A stretch of 63,481 nucleotides of DNA, the filler included, from Globobulimina sp. (Eukaryota): assembly GCA_003354225.1 (NCBI GenBank). It is 36 parts of 36 records of this genome, joined end to end, with 100 filler letters (N's around TTAATTAATTAA, not from the genome) between each part and the next. Parts side by side here need not be neighbours in the genome. Positions count along the whole stretch, not along the records: positions 1 to 1,667 come from PIVH01013386.1; positions 1,768 to 3,434 come from PIVH01013387.1; positions 3,535 to 5,201 come from PIVH01013388.1; positions 5,302 to 6,968 come from PIVH01013389.1; positions 7,069 to 8,735 come from PIVH01013390.1; positions 8,836 to 10,502 come from PIVH01013391.1; positions 10,603 to 12,269 come from PIVH01013392.1; 29 more parts are not named here. One strand, 5' to 3'. The notes beneath the pieces were generated by a model. The model ran no database searches, had not been told where the DNA came from, and saw only the letters and a program-made list of their open reading frames with translations. The position numbers and the translations under genes were made by a program. The stretch's first letter is position 1. Every line of letters begins with the position of its first letter. Shown one piece after another: positions 1 to 10,911 of the stretch.

Positions 1-1037
1 AGTAAATCACTGTTTGAGGCCATAGAGTTTTTTGGAACAGAAATGGATGCAAATATGGCGGTATATCACGGACTTAACAAAGTTATGAATTTTGAGCGTT
101 TCACTGCATATTTCAACCAACCAATTTCAACCACATTGAGTGTAATCACAGCGTTACAATTCACGCAAGGCCATGGCATATATTTGACGTTTAAACGTGG
201 TTCGAGCAAACAATCTGATGCTTTAATTCCGAAATTTTTTGATGTGACGTGGATGTCGCAATACCCGAATGAGGAAGAAAGGTTGTTCTATGGCGAAAAT
301 ATAGTATTTGAGATATTTGATATTTATGAAGCAAAAGCACGATTATCGCACAAAACTGAACTAAAAATGCTCAATTTATTTCAAAGATGCGTCCGGAACA
401 AACAAGTTAAATGGAAATCGACTGCAAAAGAAAAGAAAATGATACAGGATTTAACATATTTGATTGATAAATGTCAATTTGATGATAGTAATAATGAAGA
501 AAAGGAAGAAAAGAAGTATGAAGAGCAAATACCACATTATGTTACAGAATATGCATGGATTTATTCTGTTATTTTTGTCAGAATGTATCCACAAAATGGA
601 TCTGTATTAAACAATACCATCAATTTCCAATATTATTAAAGAAACATTTATTATATAATGAGGCAAATAAGTTATCGTTTATTAAATTATCGACACTGTT
701 TCCTTTCGTAGAAACAATTGTTTTGAATGAATTAACTACGAAACAAATAACCGAAGAGTCGATTGATTATATCAATGCTATTAAAGAGTATATAAAATAT
801 GTAAAGTCAAACAATAAACAGCATAATTTGCGAGAGATAATATTTGAAACTAAACCAGAAACAGATGGCAAACCGAATTCAATTTTAAAAAAACTCGCAA
901 ATAAATGTCATGATCAATTGGATGGACAATGGAATATTGCATATAACTTTAAATTAGAAAGTACTCATACTTTAGCCATATCATATACTGCATCAACAGC
1001 ACAAACCATTCAAAAGCGCATATTGGGAGTAATGTAA
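1..1037 (+). CDS. ADP-ribosyltransferase-like family protein, 5'-partial, with a frame break near 553
   Basis: Frame is open from base 1 (SKSLFEAIEFFG). Motifs VYHG...PISTT...MSQYPNEEERLF resemble the YRG/STS/ExE pattern of ARTs. Coding continues in the -1 frame (MDLFCYFC...). Similar to the product of 46242-47597. Confidence 0.55.
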
Positions 1038-1667
1038 ATGGAATGTTTGAGGATGTAAATACTGAAATTTGCTAAGCCGTGTTTTTTGTACGTTTTGTGT
1101 TTGTTGTAATAATTTATATAAAGTCCTGCAACTTGTTGTAAAGCCGTGAACTTCTGAAGTAGTTAGGATGCACGCACTCGAGGTTTTTTTTATAAGTTTG
1201 CCACAGTTTTTTTCTGAAAAACTAACTTGTGAAGATTAACGTGATGGACATTCCTTTACCAACCTTAGAAAAACAAACCGAAGACACGGACACGAACACA
1301 CAACAAACACCACATAATGATGTCACTCCAAAACAATGGATTGATCGAATAACATCCCAACAAACACTAAACAAACAAAAAAGAATAAAAATGTACAAAC
1401 CAAAAGTTAAGCCATTAATTACATTTATAAATAAACCCAAAACACATCCTCTTCCATGCTGCTTAAATGCCTAAAACGACACACAACGTCGAACCTTAAA
1501 TTGCATGCACTCTGATTTGCACAATGCGCCAATTCATAATAAAAAATTAATTAAACACACAAAAATACAAAAATAAACAGTATAAATTGACTCTATGGGA
1601 TATTCGTGAAGTTTACGACTGTCGCGTACGACTCAAAGATGGTCGAAATGAGTTGCTGTTCACCATC

Positions 1668-1767
1668 NNNNNNNNNNNNNNNNNNNNNNNNNNNNNNNNN
1701 NNNNNNNNNNNTTAATTAATTAANNNNNNNNNNNNNNNNNNNNNNNNNNNNNNNNNNNNNNNNNNNN
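1668..1767. other. Artificial contig spacer (first of 35)
   Basis: 44 N + TTAATTAATTAA (stops in all six frames) + 44 N, recurring every 1765-1767 bp. The intervening contigs fall in length from 1667 to 1664 bp, which indicates size-sorted concatenation. Confidence 0.99.
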
Positions 1768-3434
1768 TTAGCAGATCTGTCAATGTTCTGTCATATCCAT
1801 TGCAACCATATAATGCATTATGTGATGGCGGTGCATGCCCAACAATGTGCGATGGTGCTTCTTACAGTCGAGGCACTTGTTATGGCGCCTGCTGTTATGC
1901 GACTAATATTGATTGTAACCATGGTACCATTGATAAAGATAATGGCAGGAATATATGTGCTGTTACACCGTATGTATCAGAATACAATATTTGTTAATAA
2001 AGAAAAACAAAATATAATAAATAAAAAGGACATCTGCACCAACCATTGATCCCACTCTCGGACCGACATTATCCACAAATGTTAAGCGCGGACAAACGTT
2101 ATACTGTTTTTGCGTTTTTTATGTTCTTTGTTGCAATGTATATACAAATTAATACAGGATCCAACAATCAATCCGCATACCGATCCAACAGTGGAACAGA
2201 CGCTGATTCCAACCTATAATCCAACAAAAACACCCACCGATTCTCCCACGCACTCAACATCAACTCCACCTTCTATGACTCCAATATCACCAACTCCATT
2301 ACCAACAACATTATCACCACAATCTCCTACCAATCAACCAACACATTCACCCACTGGTAACCCAACACCTGCACCGACCACAGTTACCACACAACCTACA
2401 CGTAACCCGACACCTTCACCTACAAATCTGCCGACACCAAAACCAACACTTCGTCCAACACCTCGTCCATCATTTGCACCCACACCGTATGTAAGAAATA
2501 TATCCATCTCGACAGCACAAAAAAACAAACGCAAATGTAATAAGTGCCCCAACATCGGTTCCTACGATTAATCCAAGCTCTGCACCAACATCGCGTCCAT
2601 CATTTCCATCATTTCCCAGTAATTCACCAACAAAATTACCGACTAACTCTCCATTGCATGGCTGCACTAGTACATTATTGCTGGACTTGGTAATTATTTT
2701 AGATTCAAGTGGCTCTGTTTATGACAGTGGTTATAATAATTGGCAGGCCGAACTAGACTTTGCTAAAGCAATCATAAATTCTACTCTCCCCAGCCAATCA
2801 AGAGTGAGTCTCATCAATTTTAGTGGCTGCGCTACTAGCTATACAATGGAAACCTGTATGGAACAGAATAGATTGAAAAAGATGTTTGGATTTACCGATT
2901 ATAATTTATCCGTTGCATATGATAGAATTAATGAAATGGGAGACGCTGATTTTAATGGGGGGTATACGTGGACCAACGAAGCATTAATAATGGCGTTGAA
3001 TGAATTTACATATAATTCGACTGCGGAGAGGACCAAAATGATTATGCTTGTTACCGATGGTGAACCATTTCCGCCCGATGCCACACCACCGCATGAACCT
3101 TGTATGCAATCCAATGGATATATATCACCGACATTACAGCAATTACGAGCAATGAATGTGACAATGCTTGCTGTTGGTATGTGGATCTAATGCATACACA
3201 TTCCATATAAAACACACATATATATATAACCCATGTACAGGTATTAATGTTGCTCAATCAACAATTGATGACTTTTTTACATGTGTCTTGAAGGATTTTG
3301 ACTCTCAGTTCTTTTTTTGTCCTAATTTCACTGACTTGGCACAAACAGTCAATGCCATCAAACCTTCGATATGCATTCCTCAAACACCAACATCTGAACC
3401 AACCAACAATCCCACTCTTGAACCAATTACAACA
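1768..3434 (+). CDS. Extracellular protein: Cys-rich module, Pro/Thr-rich (PTxx) stalk and von Willebrand factor A domain; partial, 4 introns
   Basis: vWA MIDAS motif LDSSGS and VTDG. GT-AG introns 1970-2028, 2081-2157, 2487-2544 and 3177-3240 join the ORF pieces in frame. Confidence 0.85.
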
Positions 3435-3922
3435 NNNNNNNNNNNNNNNNNNNNNNNNNNNNNNNNNNNNNNNNNNNNTTAATTAATTAANNNNNNNNNN
3501 NNNNNNNNNNNNNNNNNNNNNNNNNNNNNNNNNNTTCTACATACTCTGGTCCAAAGACCTCGCTTCCTATTTTTACCCAAAACATATCCTGTTCTTTGTT
3601 TCAATTCTATTCTCCGTTTTTGCCATGTTTGGAGTCTCATTTGCTTTGAATTTAACTGATTAATTCTAATGGTATAATTATCACCTTTTCTACAGATTCC
3701 AAATGTTATATGAGAAACTTCCTCATCCTCATCATCAGAAGCTTGCAGAGCATTTTTTCTGCGTTTACCGAATCTCCCACTGATTGGCCATGGTTTTGCC
3801 ATTGTGATGAAATGAAAAAATGGCACGAAGAAATGGTGCGAGGATGAAATGAAGAAAATCACTAAACATCACCATCTTCAATTTTTGACGCGCTATATTC
3901 CCTGACCATTGATGATTGGAGC

Positions 3923-4201
3923 AAGGCTTTTTTTATTTTCGTGATCAGCACCATTTTTCGGGTCTGTATACATCTCACTAATGATATTTATCAACCATAC
4001 ATACCAAACGACTTATTTTTTTGAATCCAGAATTGATATACAAAATACATATAAATATAACTGAGATAACTGCCTGAAATTATAGACTTTTAATAATACT
4101 CTCAAATAAGACTCGTTTCGCCGGTATGGTTGATAAATATCATTAGTGAGATGTATATAGACCCGAAAAATGGTGCTGATCGCGAAAATAAAAAAAGCCT
4201 T
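3923..4201. mobile_element. MITE-like inverted repeat (about 78-bp arms, about 123-bp spacer)
   Basis: 3923-4000 is the reverse complement of 4124-4201 with a few mismatches. No TSD identified. Confidence 0.6.
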
Positions 4202-4510
4202 TTCATCACGATCGATGGTGATGAGTTACTTGCGATTTTCCGAGAAAAATGTCACTCCACAAAAACTTTACATCTAAATGATTATTTGTTGAATGGCAAC
4301 TAGCCAAACAAATATGATATGAATGGCAAGAAAGAGGCACAACACAGACTGCTCAACAAATATCGAGCAAAACTGCGAAAACCCGACGACCAATAACTAC
4401 CCAAACTGGCGACCAAAGACTGCTCAAGCGCGACCAACACAGACTGCTCAACGCGACCTACACAAACAATGAGGAATAATGGCATCGTATACCAAGGTGG
4501 TAACAATGTA

Positions 4511-4637
4511 CATGAAGGTGGGACATGAAGGAGTTGCTACGAAGGAGTTGCTACGAAGGTGGGACATGAAGGAGTTGCTACGAAGGTGGGACATGAAGGA
4601 GTTGCTACGAAAGTGGGACATGAAGGAGTTGCCATGA
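4511..4637. repeat. Minisatellite, 27-bp unit GAAGGTGGGACATGAAGGAGTTGCTAC (about 4.5 copies)
   Basis: Direct tandem copies are visible, including one internal 14-bp duplication. Confidence 0.9.
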
Positions 4638-5029
4638 CGGGATAAAGTTATGTTGCGTTACATGTCCTACCCAGATTTTATCTGCTTTTCTTTATGATGA
4701 GTGTGCATATCGACACTGTCACATTACATCCATGATCCACACATATCGACATATCATACATGATCCACAGACACCGCACTGAGGTCCGCAGGGACCCTTT
4801 ATGTCCTTATGGTGCCTTGCATGCTGATGCAAACCATGAAGAACTAATGCTTGTTGTTTGTTGATATAACATACAGGCATTATCACGTAAAGTCATCATG
4901 GCGCAGCACAGGTAATGTACTCTATGTTTTATATTGCTTTTGTCTGTGAAACATTGAACAGATATAATAATAATATACAAATATCGAGCAAAACTGCGAA
5001 AACCCGACGACCAATAACTACCCAAACTG

Positions 5030-5201
5030 GCGACCAAACACTGCTCAACGCGACCAAACACTGCCCAACGCGACCAAACACTGCTCAACGCGACCAAACA
5101 CTGCTCAACGCGACCAAACACTGCACAACGCGACCAAACACTGCTCAACGCGACCAAACACTGCTCAACGCGACCAAACACTGCCCAACGCGACCAAACA
5201 C
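5030..5201. repeat. Minisatellite, 20-bp unit GCGACCAAACACTGCTCAAC (about 8.6 copies, truncated at contig end)
   Basis: Tandem copies with C/T/A variants at one position. The lead-in sequence and degenerate units also occur at about 4358-4458. Confidence 0.92.
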
Positions 5202-5310
5202 NNNNNNNNNNNNNNNNNNNNNNNNNNNNNNNNNNNNNNNNNNNNTTAATTAATTAANNNNNNNNNNNNNNNNNNNNNNNNNNNNNNNNNNNNNNNNNNN
5301 NCACACATAC

Positions 5311-5605
5311 CATAGGTGGCGATGCTGTATAAATCTTCGAATTTAGCAAGTTTGGAGGTGGCGAATCTTTCACAGAGTAATGGGAAATCCTCTGGTAATA
5401 TGCCGCCGCCATTGTCTTCTATTCGGAGTTCAGTGATACCGCCGTCACGCAAAAAAATTCTAATTTGCGTGGAACCGGCATCTAACGCGTTCTCTAACAA
5501 TTCTTTCAAGGCATTCGACGGTCTCTGAATAACTTCACCTGCTGCTATTCGATTAATTACATCCTCACTCAATTTAGTGATACGTGATGCTTGGGGTGTT
5601 GACAT
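5311..5605 (-). CDS. MLH1: DNA mismatch repair protein MLH1, first exon
   Basis: [37 protein letters not shown] and CERFATSKL (MutL/MLH1 GHKL ATPase). Ends at a GTATGT donor after IATYG. Confidence 0.92.
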
Positions 5606-5781
5606 GTAGCAATGTAAGAAGATATAAAGTTTTTTTTGATGTGTACGAAAAACCTCCTTCTCACTGAAAAACCTCATTCTCATCCGTGAGTCAGTAAATT
5701 TTTCCAAAAAGCAAAAGTGTGTTTATTTATTTTAACAATAACAATAATAATAATATCTAACAAAAACACACAAAGGAGAAG

Positions 5782-6968
5782 ATGAGAAGGTATATTTTAG
5801 CAGTAACCTTATGTTTTTGCCTATTACAAGCACAGTTCCCACCGCAATGGGGTACAATTGAATGCGATGCATCGTTATCGGACAGATTCCTCCCCACTAC
5901 GAGATATACATATTATGACCGTTATTACACCTTTACCGCAGAATATGCCACCGATATTCGACGCGATGTAAAAATCAGTACATGTATTGAACAGTCACCA
6001 TATACCGTTTTGGCCTTTTTCGAGACCACCGGTGGCGACGCCTTTCTTCGCCCCATAGAAAATCCGACCGATCAAACTCGTCAATCCTACGACGGCTATT
6101 CTTGTGACGAATCTGGCGAAACTGGCCGCACCTTCTTATTCCATGACGTCCCCGCTGGCGACTACGAAGTGGGTATCTTCAATAGCGATATTGATGGTGG
6201 GCGCTATAAATTCTCTGTGGAATGTATCGAGCCAAGCACACCGGCTCCAAATGAACTGAAATCCAACAATATCACCACCAAACTCGACCTCACCTACCGA
6301 CAAGAATGGAACCGCGGCGGCCAAAAAAAGATCTCCTGCAATGCCAACGCCTTTGGCCTGATGTCCGATGGCACCAACGGTCCGTTACGCGACTGGTATC
6401 AGTATACGGTGACCGACTATGCGCAGGAAATCGTGTTCACCACTTGTTATCCGGAGACCGCCTTCGATGATCCCGGCTCGTTCTATAACGGAGTGAGTAT
6501 GGTCGACCATTACTTGCAGTTCGAATATTGGGATTTTGGCACCACTTCGGGTACTCGCTGGTGGCGAACGCAGACTGAGAACAGTTGGAGCGGCTCCTGT
6601 GAGACAATGGTGATTGGCGATGCGTATGATACGGGCAGTACCAATATATTAAAGTTGTCGCCTGGCACTTATTACATTGGGGTTGGAAGGTACAGTAACA
6701 ACACGGCATCGTCGTACGTGTTGTCCATGCTTTGCTGGGACAATGATGCTGTGGAGGATGCAGTGGCGGGCACGGATTACGACGAAGCTACGTTTAATCC
6801 CACGCAGAGTCCCAATACCTTCGCGCCTACGCCGTCGCCCACCGATGGCGTGAACACCACCTTGAACCCCACAACGTATCCCACCGTAAAGTTCGACGGC
6901 CCCTACGATAACACCGGGAGGACGCTCAACAAAGGCACCATATCGTGCGGCATCCATCAGCACGATAA
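5782..6968 (+). CDS. Secreted multi-domain protein with repeated Cys-containing beta-sandwich (PPC-like) modules and a PT linker, 3'-partial
   Basis: N-terminal signal peptide. Two similar modules (I.C...YY.F...STC/TTC...PG.Y.(V/I)G...Y.(F/L)S..C) and the start of a third. Head-to-head with MLH1 across 176 bp. Confidence 0.65.
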
Positions 6969-7111
6969 NNNNNNNNNNNNNNNNNNNNNNNNNNNNNNNN
7001 NNNNNNNNNNNNTTAATTAATTAANNNNNNNNNNNNNNNNNNNNNNNNNNNNNNNNNNNNNNNNNNNNTTTATTAGATTAAAAACACTACGGATTTAAAT
7101 GAAACATGCAC

Positions 7112-8710
7112 TCAAACAGTCAGCAATGATGGCAAATCCTCTATATCTTCCCATAAATCTTTGAAAGGTATTTTGTAAATTCTCCCAGCGTATGGTTTAC
7201 CAGGTTTTGATTTTGATATCCGACTACTTTCATCAATATCCCCTGTTAACTGATAATGATGATACAATATCTGCGTATATGGCGCATGCAAATATCCCCT
7301 CAATCTCCCAATATACGAAGAAAATGTCGACTCCTTTGTTCCAAAAAAGATCCTCCCCATGGCACATATCACCATTTCAACCTCACCCACCAACTTGCCA
7401 GGCACTGCTATATTTTTAGTAGACTCAAACTGTGCATCTGCGCCAAAAAAATCCTTCCATTGATACACTTTCCGTTTGCCATTCTCCTCAAACACCTTAA
7501 AAAAATCAGCTTTAGCTTCATCCGTTGCTATATACAGCACCTCATTCTGCCCAACCAGTCCTTGAATATGCTCGTAACTCTCCTCTCCAGTACACCACAC
7601 ATATTTATATTGCAACTCATTCCTTCGAATATGCAATGATGAATATTTAAATACTCCCAATAAGCTGACCACCATCGCAGCATACTCCATAATCTCCACA
7701 TTCAAATGAATATGATCCCGCAGTATCTGCTTAAATTTCCGGTCCATATCCACAGTGTCAAAGGCAACGGACCTCGCAATCTGTCCCAAATATCTGTAAT
7801 CCGCATCCTTGCCCGGCAGGCCCTTCTCGCAAGCGGCGAAATGAATAAATGGCTGTTTTTTCAAGTGTGCAGTATAGCTCTTACTCTGTCTGCCATCCAC
7901 CCACAAAGCATCGACCATGTCGCCATTCTTTGCGGTGACTTGTTGCTCAGAGGGCCAATATAGCACATTATCCAATTGTGCCCACGGCAAATTCACTGCC
8001 AATTCCGTAGCTTTCTCAGTCAACCACCGCACGAAAGTACTGCCAACATTGCCATCCTGATTCACCACATCGCCGCCATAGTATTTATGTGGTATATCCA
8101 AGTTATCATATTCTCGCCGGATGAAGTCTGGAGCAGTGATGACTGGAATAGCTATACTCAGATCATCCAAATCGAACCATATGTCAAAGTTAGAAGTGTG
8201 GTCTAAGCGCGCTGCACTATTTGGCCATGCTATTTGATTGTGTGTATACATGCCATTTTTGCCCCGAGTTATGCCGCCACGATCAATTAAATACCATTTG
8301 GAGTCTGGGGGTAATACTAATGTCCGATTGGTCAGCCATGCGATCATGGCATGATATTCAAAGCCTTGCCGGATGTTATTGAAACCACCGCAGTCTGTGA
8401 GAAATGTGACATATTTGTTGGTGATGGGTGGCTTGGATTTGATGAGAGATACTCCTTTGCTCCAATATTGCATATGATGTAATATGCATTGTTTGTTGTT
8501 GACTGCCGAGGGGAAACAGGACATGCTCCATGTTGATGGATATTGGATATCGGTTTCTGTGTTGCTGGTTTTGCTATCGATTATTTTGTGTTTTTTGTTT
8601 TTTGGGGTTTTTTTGAGCTTTGAAAAGTCAATGTCTTCGATTCCTTCCTTGTCAGTAATTGTATTTTCTATATTTTTTGGTATGTTCGGATACCAATATT
8701 GTGTAAGTAA
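7112..8710 (-). CDS. GDP-fucose O-fucosyltransferase family protein (O-FucT, GT-B fold)
   Basis: Motifs GGFNNIR, RTLVLPP, SLHIRR, LYIATDE and ICAMGRIFFGTKESTFS. The frame is open upstream of the annotated ATG until an in-frame TAG at 8711-8713. Confidence 0.85.
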   Translation of the reverse strand, partial: LLTQYWYPNIPKNIENTITDKEGIEDIDFSKLKKTPKNKKHKIIDSKTSNTETDIQYPSTWSMSCFPSAVNNKQCILHHMQYWSKGVSLIKSKPPITNKYVTFLTDCGGFNNIRQGFEYHAMIAWLTNRTLVLPPDSKWYLIDRGGITRGKNGMYTHNQIAWPNSAARLDHTSNFDIWFDLDDLSIAIPVITAPDFIRREYDNLDIPHKYYGGDVVNQDGNVGSTFVRWLTEKATELAVNLPWAQLDNVLYWPSEQQVTAKNGDMVDALWVDGRQSKSYTAHLKKQPFIHFAACEKGLPGKDADYRYLGQIARSVAFDTVDMDRKFKQILRDHIHLNVEIMEYAAMVVSLLGVFKYSSLHIRRNELQYKYVWCTGEESYEHIQGLVGQNEVLYIATDEAKADFFKVFEENGKRKVYQWKDFFGADAQFESTKNIAVPGKLVGEVEMVICAMGRIFFGTKESTFSSYIGRLRGYLHAPYTQILYHHYQLTGDIDESSRISKSKPGKPYAGRIYKIPFKDLWEDIEDLPSLLTV

Positions 8711-9132
8711 CTAATCCATTTCTTCGACAGGGATTNNNNNNNNNNNNNNNNNNNNNNNNNNNNNNNNNNNNNNNNNNNNTTAATTAATTAANNNNNNNNN
8801 NNNNNNNNNNNNNNNNNNNNNNNNNNNNNNNNNNNTATAAAATATTAACTCTAAATCTTGTATCATTGTGTCTTTGTCGTTGACTTGATTGAAAAAAACC
8901 AATTCCAGAGATTTCTGTTTGGAAGAAATATTTTTTTCGAATTACGAGTAGAAAACTTAATCGCTATCAATACTTAGAGGTCAATTCAAACAATAAAATG
9001 TATATTTGAATTGAATATGAATAGTTTGATGCAAAAACAATAAACAACTAAAAAAAGAGAAAAGTAAAAGCATATACATACACATCTTCAATTCACATTT
9101 ACTACAACCACTACAACACACACACACACAAA

Positions 9133-10341
9133 TTATTGCTCATATAATGTTCGACATTGCCAACAATACCTTTTTTTATTTGCGCCATAATGAATTACTA
9201 AATTATTTTTTATTAATTTTCCATTATTAATTTGAAATATTTTATTAATTTTATCGCTACCAATTTTAGTAATTTTGCTATTCAATTCTAAATCCAAATG
9301 ATTGATGGTCGATGGCATATTTTCATTCATGTTTTTTACATAAAAATTTAATATTATACAACATGACAAATCGCCCAAATGACATCGCCGAAAATTCAAA
9401 TGTAATAAATGCGGTAATGATTTTTCAATTCCTTTGAATAAAATATCAATATATTTATCCGATATGTTATTATTTAGAAGCAATAAGTATTCCAATTCAT
9501 TCAATGCGGTATTTCTTGCTAACAATGCTTGCGATAATTTTAATAAACATTCATCATTTAATCCAATATAATTCAAATCCAATATCTTCAAACAACTTAT
9601 ATTTATATTATGTACAAGCGGTGCATGAAAACAGTGAAACTGCAAAATATCAGACATCCAATCAATATTTGCATAGCAAGTATCTACTGACGAATTAAAA
9701 AAGGAAATTCTTGTCATTTTAGTAATATTTTTATCATTTTGCATTTGAGGTTTTATCATTTTTCTTTTTTCTTGTTGGCATTCTGCATTTTTCTTATTGT
9801 ATACGTCAGTTAATAGATTCTCAATGTTTCTATTAAAAATAACAAAATATTTCAATGCTATTTGTTGCTGTTTTGTTAAATATGATAACTTATTATGTCT
9901 CAAATCTAAATAACTAAAGTAATTTGGTGATATCTTGTAATATTTTGAAAATGTATGGTTTGTCCAGTACGTTATATCCGATTCAATGGAAGATAGTAAA
10001 ATATTTTGCGTTTCTACAAAAATATCATTAAATTCACTGCAAACTGTGCGTAGTTGAAATTTTTCAAAAGAATAGAAATATGGACATAATATGTTATACT
10101 TCAGCACATCTTTGGGTATTTTTTGAACCAATGATTGTTTATATTCTGCAGTTTCTGGAATTAACATTAAAAAAAAATCTTTATCCGTTTTCCGAACATT
10201 ATGTATATTCATGCTCTGTTTCATACTTTTAATATAATTTCGTTTCTTTATTTTCTTCGATTTTTTTCTAATCACTTTTATTTTATGATTTTTTTGATTT
10301 CTTTTCACGAGATACAGGATTTGATGCAATCGAACGAACAT
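9133..10341 (-). CDS. F-box-like / RNI-type leucine-rich repeat protein
   Basis: IPKDVLKYNIL...LRTVCSEFN (F-box-like). LRRs LKILDLNYIGL, LEYLLLLNNNI, LLHLNFRRCHL and INHLDLELN. True start uncertain. Confidence 0.7.
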   Translation of the reverse strand: MFVRLHQILYLVKRNQKNHKIKVIRKKSKKIKKRNYIKSMKQSMNIHNVRKTDKDFFLMLIPETAEYKQSLVQKIPKDVLKYNILCPYFYSFEKFQLRTVCSEFNDIFVETQNILLSSIESDITYWTNHTFSKYYKISPNYFSYLDLRHNKLSYLTKQQQIALKYFVIFNRNIENLLTDVYNKKNAECQQEKRKMIKPQMQNDKNITKMTRISFFNSSVDTCYANIDWMSDILQFHCFHAPLVHNINISCLKILDLNYIGLNDECLLKLSQALLARNTALNELEYLLLLNNNISDKYIDILFKGIEKSLPHLLHLNFRRCHLGDLSCCIILNFYVKNMNENMPSTINHLDLELNSKITKIGSDKINKIFQINNGKLIKNNLVIHYGANKKRYCWQCRTLYEQ

Positions 10342-10602
10342 TCCATTTTTGTAGTTGCGCTGAGTCTTTTTGTTAATTTATCATTGTAAACAAACGTGGA
10401 AAGCACACAAAATATGCATTCGAAGTAAGCGCGTCTATATACCTGAAAATAAAATATTCCTCCAATCGATCCATTGTTTTTACCACCATTTTTGCTATTT
10501 TTNNNNNNNNNNNNNNNNNNNNNNNNNNNNNNNNNNNNNNNNNNNNTTAATTAATTAANNNNNNNNNNNNNNNNNNNNNNNNNNNNNNNNNNNNNNNNNN
10601 NN

Positions 10603-10878
10603 CATTGTATTGATAATATATTGATCCTTGTCGGTATCACTTATTTTTTGATAGATTGCAGTTGCTTTTTGAATTATTTCCGTGCAGTCTTGTTTAGTAT
10701 CCATTTTATCATAATTTGAGTAAAGAGCTTTTATTGATTGGACAGGATTGTTTCGGGTTAATTGATGCTTATTTCTTGTACATAACTGCAACAACTTACA
10801 TTGATTAGAAATCTGTGCTTTTATTGGTTTTCTATGTTTACGAAGAAGAGAAATTACAAGAATCTTCGGTCCAAACAC
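10603..10878 (-). CDS. 5' end of a helical-repeat (PPR-like) protein
   Basis: Basic N-terminus followed by KATAIYQKI...KDQYIINTM, which is PPR-like. Truncated by the spacer. Confidence 0.4.
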
Positions 10879-10911
10879 GCACGCATTTAAGGCTTACTTG
10901 AGTAGAAACCT

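Noticed and set aside
1596-1667. Chromodomain-like peptide WDIREVYDCRVRLKDGRNELLFTI
   Set aside because: 24 residues at a contig edge, with the aromatic cage residues not demonstrable.
4807-5253. ORFs 4807-5181 (-) and 4915-5253 (+)
   Set aside because: They are translations of the 20-bp minisatellite.
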